Assembly: GCA_028534125.1 (NCBI GenBank)
Contig: CM052818.1
Location: 38,876,001-38,940,000, forward strand
Origin: Lama glama
Lineage: Eukaryota
Direction of reading: 5' to 3'
DNA: 64,000 nt
Shown: piece after piece, positions 50,429 through 62,950 of the stretch
Layout of the letters: each line of letters opens with the position of its first letter
How positions within the stretch are numbered: position 1 is the first letter of the stretch
Translations under genes and position numbers: made by a program
The notes under the pieces: generated by a model
Databases searched by the model: none
The model's input: only the letters and a program-made list of their open reading frames with translations
Told to the model about the DNA's origin: nothing

Positions 50429-50828
50429 TGTCCCAGGTGGGGTTCCCCAGAAAGCAGACTCTGTGACGGAGAGTGGGTGTGGGAAGTTCCCTAAGGAGTG
50501 CCTTCAGGACGCGGGAGAAGGAAGGAAACGGGGTTGAGCAGAGAGAGGAGGTGGGCCGCCCTGCAATCCCAACACGGCCTCTGCTGACCCCAGAGGGAAC
50601 TCAGAAGCTGGGATGGCCCTTCAGAGTTGTCCCCAGCTGAGGCGAGGGCCAGGCTTTCTGCCTTCCCCTACTGACCCATCACTGGGTGTGGGCTGCCCCT
50701 TAGAAAGGGCATAGCCCCGGGCAGAGGGCAGTTCCCTGAGAGACCATCAGCCAACTGCAGTCCTGGCAACTTGGGGCTGAGTCCTCCTGTCCCGAGTGGG
50801 GTCTTGGCGGAGTGGAACATCCACCATG
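50429..50828 (-). mobile_element. ERVL LTR (LTR41-like)
   Basis: tgtcccaggtggggttccccagaaagcagactctg...gctgggatggcccttcagagttgtccc...gggctgcccc...gagggcagttccc...catccacca. Confidence 0.7.
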
Positions 50829-50899
50829 TTCCTGAATGATCTGTGCAGGTACCCAGGTGCACGTAAGACAGTCAGATGCTCAGAGACCAGGAAGAGGTA

Positions 50900-51120
50900 G
50901 AGGGGCTAGGAGACAGGTCTGGGTCCACATCTTGGCTCTTACAGTCTGTCAGCTTAGATTAGTATACAACTTTCTGCATCTCAGTTTCTTCATCTGTAAA
51001 ACAGGAATAATAATATCCACCTTATAGGCTTTTATATGAGGATCACAGAAGTATAAAAAAGTGTCCTGGCACAGTACCATCACTACAAATGGTGTTGGTG
51101 ACCACTGTAATTGTCATTAT
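50900..51120 (+). mobile_element. MIR SINE
   Basis: tctcagtttcttcatctgtaaaacaggaataataatatccaccttataggc...tgaggat. Confidence 0.75.
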
Positions 51121-52729
51121 TTTAGTAGCTGCAGCGTTAAGGATGTTCCCTGGCATTGGTGCCAGATGCTCGCGGGTGGCAGTTATGTCAAAGTCTGGGT
51201 CAATTCCATCAGGTACGTGGACCACTGGGCTGCGGTGTCTGCGAGGGTGACTAGTTATCTCCTTGTACCTCAGGCCAGCGTCCTGCTGGGATCAAGGACA
51301 CTGCCATAGAGATATCATCAGGAATAAATCCTGGGGAGGGGGTTTTGGCTGTCCTTGCCAACAGAACACATGGCTGCCTCCACGTGCCAGGCACTGAGAG
51401 GTGGGCCATGGGGGTGGGTGGGGCAGTCACTCTGCAGGCTGTGGGCATCCCCACGCTGCCGGCCAGTCCAAGAGATATGTCCACATGACAGGTTAGTAGT
51501 GTCTGCGTTCACTGTTTCTTCTTTCAAAGAGTCAGGAAGTAGAAAGCCCCAGGCTGGGATGATTTCTGAGCACATGGAGATTTCAGAGGATAATAGCACA
51601 GTCAAGGCCACCATGAGTAGACACCTGAGCTCTAATCTCCCATCTGATTGTAAGCTCCCCTTGGGGGGTTGGAATACTTTACTGAGTTTAGACAAAACTA
51701 TGAAGTGGTCTTGCTGGATGGCATCTTATCCTGGTCCCAGTGTGCTCTATGAGAAGCTGGTATCCTGTGAGATTGTTTATATCCAACAGGAGAGAAAAAT
51801 ACTGCTGGCTGTGAGTGGGAGGCCAGCTTCCAAATGTCAGGGGCTGCTTTGTTTGTATTTCTTGCCAGGTTACTAAGTCTCTCCATGGCAAAGTTTCTCC
51901 ATCCATAAAATGGGGATAAGAACATCTACCCATGGAGCCTAGAGCAGAAGCCTGCTGTGTCGGTCTCCATGTTACCTGACATGTGGCAGCTGCTCAGACA
52001 CCCATTTTCTAGGTTAAGAAACTGAGACAGAGAAGGTCCGTGCTTTGGGGTGAAAATCAGAGATGAAACAGCCATCCACCAAGGCTGCCACTGAGATTCC
52101 CACTTGGAGTCATGGCCCAGGCCACCAGGGCTGGCTCTTGAAATGAATATCCTCCAGCAGCAACTAACTCCTGGTGATCGAAGTGGAATTTCAGGTTCAG
52201 CCCATGCTGGGGCTGGAGCACTGCCTTGGGGGAGGAGAGGGCGTGGCCATGGGGAGGGGCGGGGCCACCATTGGGACCTAGAGAGCAGTGGTCACCAGGG
52301 GGACGTGATGCCTCTGTTTCACTTGGCAGCTTTCACACTGAGCGTACAGACAGTGAGTGGCCCTAGACATGGAATCCAGTGAGTCGCCCGCGGAACACAA
52401 AGTGTAACCTGACTGAGCCAGGGACAGGGTCAGAACCTACTGCCTCTGGTTCCCACACATGATCTTGTCTGATAATAGCAGAGTTAATCACAAATGAGAT
52501 TTTCAGAATAAAGCCCACCCAGTCTGAGTTCCCCAAATTATACCCTCTCCCTGGTAATTGCAGAGCTGTTCGGGCCCTGCATCTGGCTTGTAACAGCATT
52601 TCCATGAGGACCAGACTGAGTGCCACCTCTCATTTGGTGAAACAAAAGGAAAATTATATACTCTGATGGCCCAGCTTCCCCAGCTTGGAACAGTAGAAAG
52701 GCATCAGGCATGGAATCGCAGGTCAGTGA

Positions 52730-52875
52730 CTTCTAAGCTGTGTGGACTTGGGAATACATTTGGCCTTTATGTGCCCAGCTGTAAAATGGGAATAACAAAA
52801 CTTCACCATTTCCCTTCAGCCTAAGACTGCTGCAAAGATCAAATGCCACGTTTGCACGTGAACAGGTAAAGAGCT
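52730..52875 (+). mobile_element. MIR SINE
   Basis: gctgtgtggacttggg...ctgtaaaatgggaataaca. Confidence 0.55.
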
Positions 52876-55800
52876 CTATAAAGAATAATAAAATTTTAAA
52901 AATTAAAATGTTTCCTATACAACGGTTTTTGTTTACCAGCAAATAAAACAGATTTGAGGCGAAAATGAAAAGGTCACATTTTAACAAGAGTGTCCTGTGG
53001 TGATACAATTTAACGCTCTTCCACGATGCTTGCTAATGATGGTTATTTCAGGACCCTGCCATTTCAGAAGTCACCAAAAGAGTCTGTGATGTCTGAGCTC
53101 TGCTAACCAAGGTAGAGAAGTTGGCTCATTATGCATTATTTGGTCAATCCATTCAGCACAGATGTATGGAGGCTCTACTCAGTCCTGGCCTCAGTTTTAG
53201 GAGCTACAGGCAAAAGCTGGGAAAGAAAACCATTAACGAGTCTTGAAAACCAACTCTCCAGTGACTGAATTTGCTTGCTCTGGTCCTGAGCACCCATGGC
53301 CCCTGGCAGCCTGCAGAGACCCACCTGGCAGGGCCCATCCACACAGTAGCCAGGGTCTCTGCTCCTCAGGAAGCAGGTGCGGTGATTGCAGCCGAGACGG
53401 CAGCCTTGGGCCTAGAGCGGCTGGAATGCAGGCAGGGCTGTTGCTACAGAGAAGGGTCTCCCGATGCCGGAGGGTTCTCACCCTGAATGAGGCAGGAGCC
53501 ACGTACAGGTGGGCTTTTCCTCTTCACACAGTTCCGGGGCTGAACAGAACTCACGCTCGGATCTACGACTCTTCCTGAGAACATCTCCATAGTTCATCCT
53601 CTACAGAGTGACTCTCCTTCCCTACTTGAGGGAAACCCCAAGCCATCCCCCTGAGCAGACACGAAGTGGCCTGCCCCAGGATGGTCGGCCCCTTCCTGGG
53701 AGACAGTGAGGAATCTGGGAGACACCATAACCCCTGGCAGTCTACTTTCAAGGCTGAATTATTTAGTGTAATTTTAGTCCGGTGCCACTGTTGGCCTGGC
53801 AGGATAATTCAAGTTGGGCTGCTGACCAGCCAGATAATTCACGTTAGCCTTGGGCTTTGGGACACTGCATTTGGGGTTTTTCTAGGTCCCTCCACCCGTG
53901 TACAGGGCACATGCCCCCCTTATTCTTTCAGGTCATCAAATGGATAATGACAGGCTCATGTGCATGTGTGTGTGCATGCACACACACGCACGCATCCCCC
54001 AAGCACGAACATTAATTCCCAGAGCCATTACTGTGTGTTGATGGGAAGTGTAAACAGCATTTTCCTAAGTGCACAGGCCTGTCCAGCTGCCCATCCCCCT
54101 GCAGAGCAGGTGAGCTCCCCTTTGTTCATCCTGCTTCAAGACAGTGTCCCTAACAGGACCCACGACAGTCATCCACCCGCCCCTAATGCCGACCACTTAA
54201 TCCTCAAAGACCTCGCAGACACTTCCCTTATTTTCCCGGGCACTTACTAGGTCAGGTCACATTCTTGAGATCGCTGATGCTCTTGTCCAAATAACCCCTA
54301 GGGGCTTTGCTCATCCAGTTAGGCAGGCAGTGAAAGAATCGCTTTCGCCAGGATTACTCTGCTGAATACACATGTTACCGAGTGAGTGACAGGGAAGGGC
54401 CATGTGCCGGGGTGAGCTCATTAAGGAGCAGTCCAGGCAAACACTGCCCAGTCCCTCAGGGTCACACTCTGTTCTGAGAGCTTCCTCAGCTGTACTGCAA
54501 CCCAGCCCAGCCTCGGCCTCGGCCTCTTACCCAGACGCCAGCCAAACGGCAGGGGGTTAACAGCCAAGCCTGACCTGGCTGGAGCTGGGGTCCCTGCCCC
54601 AGCCCACAGATCTCCACTCACGCCCACTGCTCACCCAACCACGGGTTCCTGTGACCAGCCCAGAACACAGTGTTGAGTGAGCCTGGGGTCCTGAATCCCC
54701 AAGCTGGAGCCCATAGAATCCTGGGCAGCAGGCAGCATGGTGGTTTGTGCTTTGGCTATTTCCAAAACACCTGGAAAACTCCAGCTAGAACCTATGTTGA
54801 GACAGGAGGACTCAGAGAGGAAAAGAGTAGAGGCCAGCTTTGCGGGGGTCTGACCAAGCTCCTGGGATGGGAAGATGTACTTCTGGCCGTTTTCAAGGCA
54901 GCAGGTAGGAAATTCCGATTGCTCTGTGGCTTCCGTGTTCTGTGTTATTGAGAAGCCTCTGAGGCCAGGGAGACAACAGCCCTATTTATCTCTGCTTTGG
55001 TCAGGCTGCAACTGGAGTTTTTGGCTTTCAGTTTTCCAGTAGTTCTGGGGCTCCCCTTTTCAGGACCCCTCTTCCGTGCAGAGGAGGGTGAGGATCTCCC
55101 AGCCATGTCTGGTAGGGATGGCCAAGCGCTGACCTGCAGGTGGCTGGCCTGGAGCACAGGAGACAATGGACTCAAATCTCCACGAGATGACAGAGAGAGA
55201 GGTGAGCCCCAGGCTGCAGGGCTGAGACTCCTAAGTGGCCATTACAAGAAGGTGGCCTTTCCCTGTGAGAGCTAGAAACGGTGCTCTTGTAAAGGAGTAC
55301 ACATCCTGTCTCTGGAGGAGTGCAAGCAGGGGCAGAAAGCTCTGGAAAGAACCCGCCAGTGGGAACTTGGACTCAGTCGACTTGGACGTCTGTCCCACTC
55401 AAGGAGCCCTCAGTTCTGAGGCTGCCAATGGGCTGAGTTACTCATGGAGGGAGGGCCCTGGTAGCAAAGCCTCCAGTTCCTGCAGGGCATTCCTGGGCAG
55501 CTTTTCTCGCTGGGCTTTGAAGGGAGAACAGTAATCCTATGCTTAAACCAAACCATCTTGCGGAGGGGGGGGCGCTGTGCTTTGAACACACCCTTGATCC
55601 CTCCCGCCGCTTTGCCAGCTCCCCATCGGGACTCCTTGCACTGGAAGGGGGGGCGTGGAGGCTTGCCCAACACCTGCCCCAGCCCCAGCTGGGGTGTCTT
55701 AGGCCTCTGGCACCTGAGACAGTCTGATCTGACTGCCAGTCACTTAGAATTCTGCATAACAGCCGTGACTTCCTGGGATTCTATGAAGAAATCGCAAGAG

Positions 55801-56075
55801 GCCACGGCCACATTGATGCCTCTCCAAAATGTCATCTTAGGAACAGTGACATTTCAGATGAGGTCACTTCTAAGAGGAAACCCCTTTCCATTTTTTGGTT
55901 CCTGAATAAACTAAAAGTTTTGATGGTTTAAGGAATCCACTAGCTTTGGGGATTAACTGAACAGCAAGTTAAGAAAGTTGTTAAACTGCTCTGGGTCTCA
56001 GTTTTCTCAACTGACAGAAGAAGGATCATATAATCCAGAACTGACATCCTGTGCTCCTAGGACTGGTTCCACCTG

Positions 56076-56098
56076 GTGTGTGTGTGTGCGTGTGTGTG
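56076..56098 (+). repeat. Short interrupted (TG)n microsatellite
   Basis: gtgtgtgtgtgtgcgtgtgtgtg. Confidence 0.8.
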
Positions 56099-56520
56099 AT
56101 TTCACATATGTTCATGTCTGACCATTGCCATAGATGACTCTACCAGCCAATGAGACAGATACTCAGGCCCAGTGAATCCATTTCTAGCTTGAAATAAAGC
56201 AGAGAAAGACATCTCTATCCGACAGGATGCTGGGAATGCTAACTCCTCTGACTTCCAAAGTCACTGGCCCAGAGCTCTCAAAGCCAGTTTCCTAACTGTA
56301 CGTGTTAAAAGTAAAGTGATCTCTTGTAAAGGATACTACAGAGAGGACTGCTAGCTGGGAGCACATGCGTGCACACATACAAACACCCCTAGTACAAGTT
56401 GCCTATGCGGGTATAAATTGTACCTTCTACCTGGTATTCCTAGTACTGAGTACAGGACCTGGCACAAAGCATTTGCTCAAGAAAGAATTGGCAAGGAATG
56501 ATGAAATGAAGGAACAAATA

Positions 56521-56990
56521 CAGATCTTCCTCGACTTATCATGGGTTTATAATGGATAAGCCCATTGTAAGTTGAAAGTATCGTAAGTTGAAAATGCATC
56601 TAATACAGCTAAACTACAGAAAGTCATCGCTTAGTCTAGCCAAGCTTAAACATGCTCAGACCATTTACATTAGCCTACAGTTGGGCAAAGTCATATAACA
56701 AAAGCCTGTTTTATAAGAAAGTGCTGATTATCTCATGCAGTTGATTGAATACTGTATTGAAGTGAGAAACAGAGTGAGTGGGTACTGAACGGTTTTAAGT
56801 GTGTCGGCTGTTTACCCGCTGGGAGCTTCGGCTTCTGTTATCACAAGAGAGTATTACCGCATATCACCAGCCCTGAAACAGATCAAAATTCAAAATTTGC
56901 AGTGTGGTTTCTACTGAACGTATATCACTTTTACATATCGTCAAAGTTGAACAACCAAAAGTCGACCTGTGGTAAGCCAGGGACCATCTG
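56521..56990 (+). mobile_element. Tigger5/MER47-family non-autonomous DNA transposon, complete with TA TSD
   Basis: TA|cagatcttcctcgactta...gtaagccagggaccatctg|TA; interior cattagcctacagttgggcaaa and ggtttctactgaa match MER47. Confidence 0.9.
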
Positions 56991-57101
56991 TACTCATAAA
57001 ACCCACTGATGTTATACTGCCAGCGCACTGAAAACGTAGCATGCCCTGCTCCAGCTACTGCTCAGATCTGTAACTGTGAATATTTAGTTAACAACTAAAA
57101 T

Positions 57102-57190
57102 ATCCTTTTTTGTTCATTTGTTTTAATTCTTATTTTTTATTATGAAGTGTAGTCAATTCACAAACGTCAGTTTCAGGTGTACAGCAAAGC
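57102..57190 (-). mobile_element. Extremely 5'-truncated young L1 with 12-bp TSD
   Basis: Reverse complement gctttgctgtacacctgaaactgacgtttgtgaattgactacacttcataataaaaaa; direct repeat aacaactaaaat at 57090-57101 and 57191-57202. Confidence 0.8.
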
Positions 57191-57214
57191 AACAACTAAA
57201 ATTTCTTAAGAACT

Positions 57215-57375
57215 CTATGCTGGAGAGAAAGCAGGGGCCTGGGGAGTAGAGGGGACCTGGGTTCTTACTTCTGCTCCTAATGATCTGCATGACCTTGGGC
57301 AGTCCCCCAGCCTCCGCGGACCTCAGTTTTCCATCTTTAAAACAGACCGAATGACCTCTGGTCTCCCTTCTCTTC
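57215..57375 (+). mobile_element. MIR SINE
   Basis: gacctgggttct...tgcatgaccttgggcagtc...gacctcagttttccatctttaaaac. Confidence 0.7.
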
Positions 57376-58637
57376 TGGCAGTGTATAAAAATGTAAAACA
57401 ATAGTATCTTACAGAAAAAAAATCTTAATTCTAATAGTGGCATTGTCTTTGAAATTGTAAAAATCTACCTTCGCAATCTTTGTTTTCTATCATTAACTTG
57501 AATTCCCATTTGTTTGTTTGTTTGTTTGTTTGTTTTCTAAGAAGCAGTAGCAAATGTTAAGAACCACTCTGGGACAACTTTAAGTCTGGCATGAACCTGT
57601 CCTGTTAGTGGGGCCTGGCTTTAGCCAGAAGAGTGAATGAAAGAACAATGCCAGGGACACACACTCACAACTCCCACTGGACACCCAGAATAAACCTGGA
57701 AACTCACCAGAGCAGCCTTTCAAGGAGATCATGAGCCTGCTGGTTGCACCCCGGGCTCCACCCCAGAGCAGCAGGAAACGGTGGGCCCAACAGGAGCTGG
57801 GCAGCATGGGCATTGCTCTCGGGGTTCCCCTCCCGAAGCCCAGCCACCCTACCTGTCTTGTGTTCCCCAGGCAGAGGAAGGTGACTTTTCTCAGGATTGA
57901 GTGTGACTTTACCAATGGTCAGCCCACCAGAGACATATAGCAGGTACGGATCACTGGGATGGAAGGGGCTCTCCCTGCGAAACTCTGCCACCAAATGCCC
58001 TATAAGTGTGACAACTTGGCGGCCTTTCTAAGAGAAGTGAGCAGGGCTTTGGGCACTGCAGGAGGGCCTCAGTTCATCAAGATCAAAGACCTTGAACCAG
58101 AGGGAGAGAAAAATCACCCCCACCCGAGGTTGGGGGCTCCAGTTGTCTATAAATTCATCGTTAGCTAGAAGATTCCTTGGATTCACCCCTAAAGAACTCG
58201 AAAATGATAGGCATCAGCAAAGGGTACCCTGGGGGTGCCATTCAATGTCCTCCAGCCCATTGGGCAAAATGTCTCGTATTCCTTAAAAGGGGAGAGCGGG
58301 CATTTCCTGTCAGAACCACACTGGGGAGGCCACTGTTTAGGTAGTGCGCCATCAAAGCGTCCGACTGGGAGGGAAAGAGTCTTCCCCATGGTGGTCACGG
58401 CACACTGGAGCGACAGGAGGTGTGAGGTCACAGGCTGTGGCTGCTCTGCCGTTTCCTGAGGTCGCTTCAGGTCAGGTGGAACCAACAGCTGCAGACTTGG
58501 GTCAGGGAGGAAAAAGGAGACAGCACCCGAGTGGCTGCCCAGAGCCCACAGGGCAAGTCAGTTTGCCAGGTGGGTGCCCAGAGTCAAAGAGTCTTCCTTG
58601 CTTCTGCTGCTGATTGACAGTGTCCCCTCCTACAGGC

Positions 58638-58806
58638 AGAAACAGCTACGTCACTTGTGGATCCAGCTCAAAATGAAAACGTGGGCTCCCTGTTCAAAAA
58701 TTGAGAATTTCAAGATGACAACAACATCGCATTAAACTGAGGTCAGGACCCTTCTGAGCACCAGGCCCTGTGACTACACAGCTCACGTGCCCATGAAGCT
58801 GGCTCC
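58638..58806 (-). mobile_element. MER45A-like hAT-Tip100 MITE
   Basis: caaaatgaaaacgtgggctccctgttcaaaaattgagaatttcaagatgac...gcattaaac...cccttctgagc...cccatgaagctggc is the MER45A reverse complement. Confidence 0.8.
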
Positions 58807-58939
58807 ACCTGTGGGGATCTTCTGATTCTGAGTCTTTCCCACAGGAGTTCGCCTTCATAATTGGAGGACAAGTTAATCACTGATACCATTTCTATCTGCT
58901 TTAAGAAAACGAACTATAATAACTTAAGTACTTCTGTTC

Positions 58940-59500
58940 CACAGCTATTTATTTATTGAGCACATACCTCATGCCAGGCACCCAGCACTGAACAAAGGCC
59001 ATGTTCCCATGGTGGTCACATTCTAGCAGGGGAAGAAGTCTTGCTTCCCAAGCTTCTCAGAGATGGCTGGCAGGCCAGCCGACTCTGAGCCAGCTCCTTC
59101 ATGAATCAACCTCTGTTAAAGACAGTTACACCGTTCACCGTTCAGCACTAAATTGTTCCTTGAATTCTTTGCCCATATGTTAGTTTTTCCTCCCCAGCAG
59201 GGCCACAAGTTCTTTGTCTTACATGAAAGGTCCGCATTTAGTCCATCATTCAACACGTGTTCACTCAGCACCTGTGCCAGGCCCAGGTCTACATGCCTGG
59301 GATACAAGTAATTATAAGACATGGTCCCCACACTCCAGGAGACTGTATTTCAGATGAGTCATATAATTAATTAATGACTGCACTGAAGAGAGATGAGAAT
59401 AGAAAGGAAGGAACTGTACTTTGAGCAGAAGAAGGAGATAGAGGAAGTCAGGAAAAGCAGATGACATCTGAGCTCTGCTTTGAAGATTTAGTGGGAACAA
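58940..59500 (-). mobile_element. Two L2 3' fragments (about 58940-59035 and 59240-59500)
   Basis: tatttattgagcacatacctcatgccaggcac; catcattcaacacgtgttcactcagcacctgtgccaggc. Confidence 0.6.
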
Positions 59501-60813
59501 ACTCAGGCTTGTCCCTTCATGGGGATGTCTCCAAGGAGCCTCCCTTGGGTGACTTCCCAGACCTGGTCCTGATACTCTCCAGACAGCTTTGCTGTGAAAG
59601 GCAGGTGAGGCCAGGGGAAGACCAGAGACAGAAGGGGGCGATGGGGCGAATACAAGACCTTCGTTTTAGGAAGCAGGTGAGGGAGGGTGTGCCTTCACGC
59701 CTTCTTCCCCCACCAGCTCTGGGCTCAGAGCAGCAGAGGCCCAAGAGGATGAGCTGGATCAAGGTGGGCTTCATCACTTGGAGGCACAGCTACTGTGCAG
59801 GAGAAGACGCAGGAGGTCACCCCTAGACAGGTAGCCCCAGGCCTTCTTTGAGGAAGAGCTCTCACGTGCCCCCAGGCCTGAGCCCTGAGCCTACTCTCCT
59901 GCCCCCCCCACCAAGCCTGACACCCACCCCACTCCCTAGCCCTCGCACCCTTCACCAGCCACACACTCAGGCGGGTGGCAGGGCTGATGATGGGGGGCCA
60001 TAATAATTAGCAGGGATCAGGGGTCCAGACAGAAGCTGGATCATTTCCACTTGTAGATCTGCGAGGGAGTCCCCAAAGCTTTTTCATCAGGGCCTGAACC
60101 TATTCCTGGTGGCCCTGACTGATTGGGTACCTCACCTAATTCCTGGACCACCAGGATCTGATGGGCTAATCCACTGCCCTCCAGGAAACAAGTTCAGATC
60201 CAACGCAAGTCCTAGCTCCTTGAACTCAAATGGCATTTTAGGTCTTGGTTTACTGACCAAAGAAGGGCCTGACAAGTCTTAGTGTGGTTTGAAGAGGATG
60301 CGCCACAAGCCAGCTCGAGGATCCACCCCAGATGTCTGTTTCCATCCCAATCTCTGAAATCAGACTTTGCTTCTGAAAATGATAAGCCAGTTGACCATCC
60401 CTGACCTCACCTTCCACCGCTGATGGGCAGAGCACAACCTCCCCCGGCCTAGAGGTCACCAGGCCGCAGACCTCTAGGTTTGGCCCAGGCTCCTCAGAAC
60501 TTGGAAGCTGGTACAGTTAAGTTGATTTAAGCATCTATCTCCAAGGCACTTAGAGAAAACCTGCCAAAGTTAGACAGGAACAGCCAAGTCTCCATTCAGC
60601 AGCCTCCCCTCCCCCGGATGCTGCCCCAGATCCCATTAAGGACAGGCATGACCAAGAACTCAAGTTCAGGGTCCGCATTCTGAAAAAGCCAAAATGTGTG
60701 GGAGGGTGAACACAGAGGGACTCGCCTTTGAATGGGAATTTACATAACGCACCCCTGCCCTGTGCTTCTGCCCCTGACGATACAATTTTTTGGTTCTTAT
60801 TTAACAAGAAAGT

Positions 60814-60838
60814 AAAAAAAAAAAAAAAAAAAAAAAAA
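60814..60838 (+). repeat. A25 mononucleotide run
   Basis: Direct read; no recognisable retroelement body or TSD attached. Confidence 0.9.
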
Positions 60839-62879
60839 GCCAAACAAAATTGAAGCCAACCCTGAACAAAGCCTCTGCTCCAGTCTAATCCAGCTCAGCT
60901 CCTGCCTCCATGCCAGAAGAACCAGTCTGCCCAGGCTTAAAGCGATTATAAACTACTTGCGGTAAATTTGGTAAACTCCAGCAGAAATAAAGCTGTGGGC
61001 TCTTGCTCTCAGAGGCGCTGTGGTCAGATGATCAACCCGCCCCATTTCTTTGTTTTCCCTTTCATGACGGCGGGGTGTGGGGTCTGACGGTTTTGCTGAG
61101 CAGCATAATAGGCAGGGCCTTGCTTTCTCGGGTTACAAGTGCAGTGGTGGAGTCCAGGGTCTTGCACACACAGCACTAATGGCTGGATCTTTCTAATCTA
61201 CGTTTCTTGATCACTTAGTTGTCAGCATTTTTCCTGGTATTCTCTTCACCTGGAGAACTTACCAATTCTCCTTCGCTCAGTGGCCATGTCAGCAGAGTGA
61301 GGCTGGGTGGGCTCTCCCTGGCTTTGCGCCCTGGCCACCCTGCTCCTCATTATGTGTCGCTGGTATAGTGCCCATCCAGTCTCTGCTGGGGACTCGTGAG
61401 CACCACGCTCCCAGGAGGAAATCCTACTGATCTCCAGACCCCATAGCCTTCCTCTTGGCACTTAGCTCGGTTTCTGCCACCACAACCTCTGGGACCCAAG
61501 TGGTGGGTACTTCTTCCCTGAGTGCCAAATTCATCCAGTGCAATCCCAAGAATCTCCTGTTTATCAAGGACCTTCTGAACTCGAGTTATTGTTCAGTAAC
61601 TTGGAGGTTACTAAGCACCTACTATGTGCCAGAACCTGCACTCTATGCTGGAGTTGCAAAAATGAGTGTGATGTGATACACTGAGGAGCTTACAGTTGCA
61701 AAGATTCCTGACAAACAAAAGAGTTGTTATTACGTTACACTCACTTATCCAGCAAAAGTTATTCCACTTTGACTCTGTGCTTAAGGAGCTAAGATGAATC
61801 CACTGGAGGGAAGGCCATCAAGATTTACTGAGGATTTTGAATGAGCTGGGCTCTATGTCAAGTCCTTGGCTTGATCTTGTTTGATCTTCAAAATTATTTC
61901 CATTCTACAAATGAAAAACCTGAGGCAGTAGAGAGGAAAAGTAATTGCACAGATAGTGAAGAACTGAACAGGGGCTTCCGCCTGTAAGCCTTGATTTTCC
62001 CACCAAGCACACTGCCTTTCCTGCAGGTGAAAAAAGACGGACAATACAGTAGCAGAAGTGCTGTGACAGAGCAGGGGACGCACCTGCGCTGCTCCACTCC
62101 TGCCCCTCTTTCTTGAGATCACTAGCAAACTCCCTGAGCTGCGATCTCTTCCAACACCCTGCTGAGGATGATAGGGTTACACATGCCCAGGGTGGGCCCA
62201 TGGCCCCAGCCGATGCTGTCTGGGGGGCCTCCTCTGCACCCTGCTCATGCTGGTGCTGGTCCGTCTGAATTCCCTTGGCTAACTAGTGAGACTGCGTACT
62301 AATTGGTCATGAGGTCACGGACAGAGGTTGCATCGTATCAGCCTGCTGGAAAACTCATGGCTTTTTAAGCCCGATTAGTACTTTTTCCCTTTGAATTGTT
62401 TATGCCTGCACTGCATTTCATCTCTGTTCTTTCAGATTTGGCAGGTAACCAACTGTACAGTCTGTGATTTCTACCATTACCCATGAAGTCAAAACTTTGA
62501 ACAATTCTCCCTTGGCACAGCTTAACACACCATCAGAGAGCCCAGGCTGGCTCGTTTATGTTGGTGTTATCTTGTACGTGTAGGCTGAATCTCCATTTGG
62601 GCCACAATTCTAGACTTTCTTGGAGGAAATCTGTAGCCACAAAACTGCTCAACGGAGAGGAAGGGGATAGATGGAGAGACCTTACCATTTACAGAGCCAG
62701 CCTGGTTATAGGACCAGATATCACTGTTTCCCATATTTGGCTGTTATGGACGAGTGTGTATTTTACAAGTGACTTTTTTTAGCAATCATATAAATAACAC
62801 TTTTTATTCTGTTGGAGTCCCATTTATAATCTCCCCACCATTAAATAGCACACACATTCCTGCATTCCTTTTAGGTGCC

Positions 62880-62950
62880 TCCAGAAGGTTTCAATTGTTT
62901 ATCCAAAGGTTAAACAATTTCTGGAATCAAATGAAATCAATCATTAACAA
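62880..62950. promoter_or_regulatory. Candidate enhancer with inverted FOX/SOX sites and ONECUT/HNF1-like sites
   Basis: aattgttta...taaacaatt inverted pair, aaatcaat, atcaatcattaac; motif evidence only. Confidence 0.3.

Noticed and set aside
59979..60117. Possible hAT MITE with caggg...ccctg ends
   Set aside because: No 8-bp TSD and the family could not be recognised.
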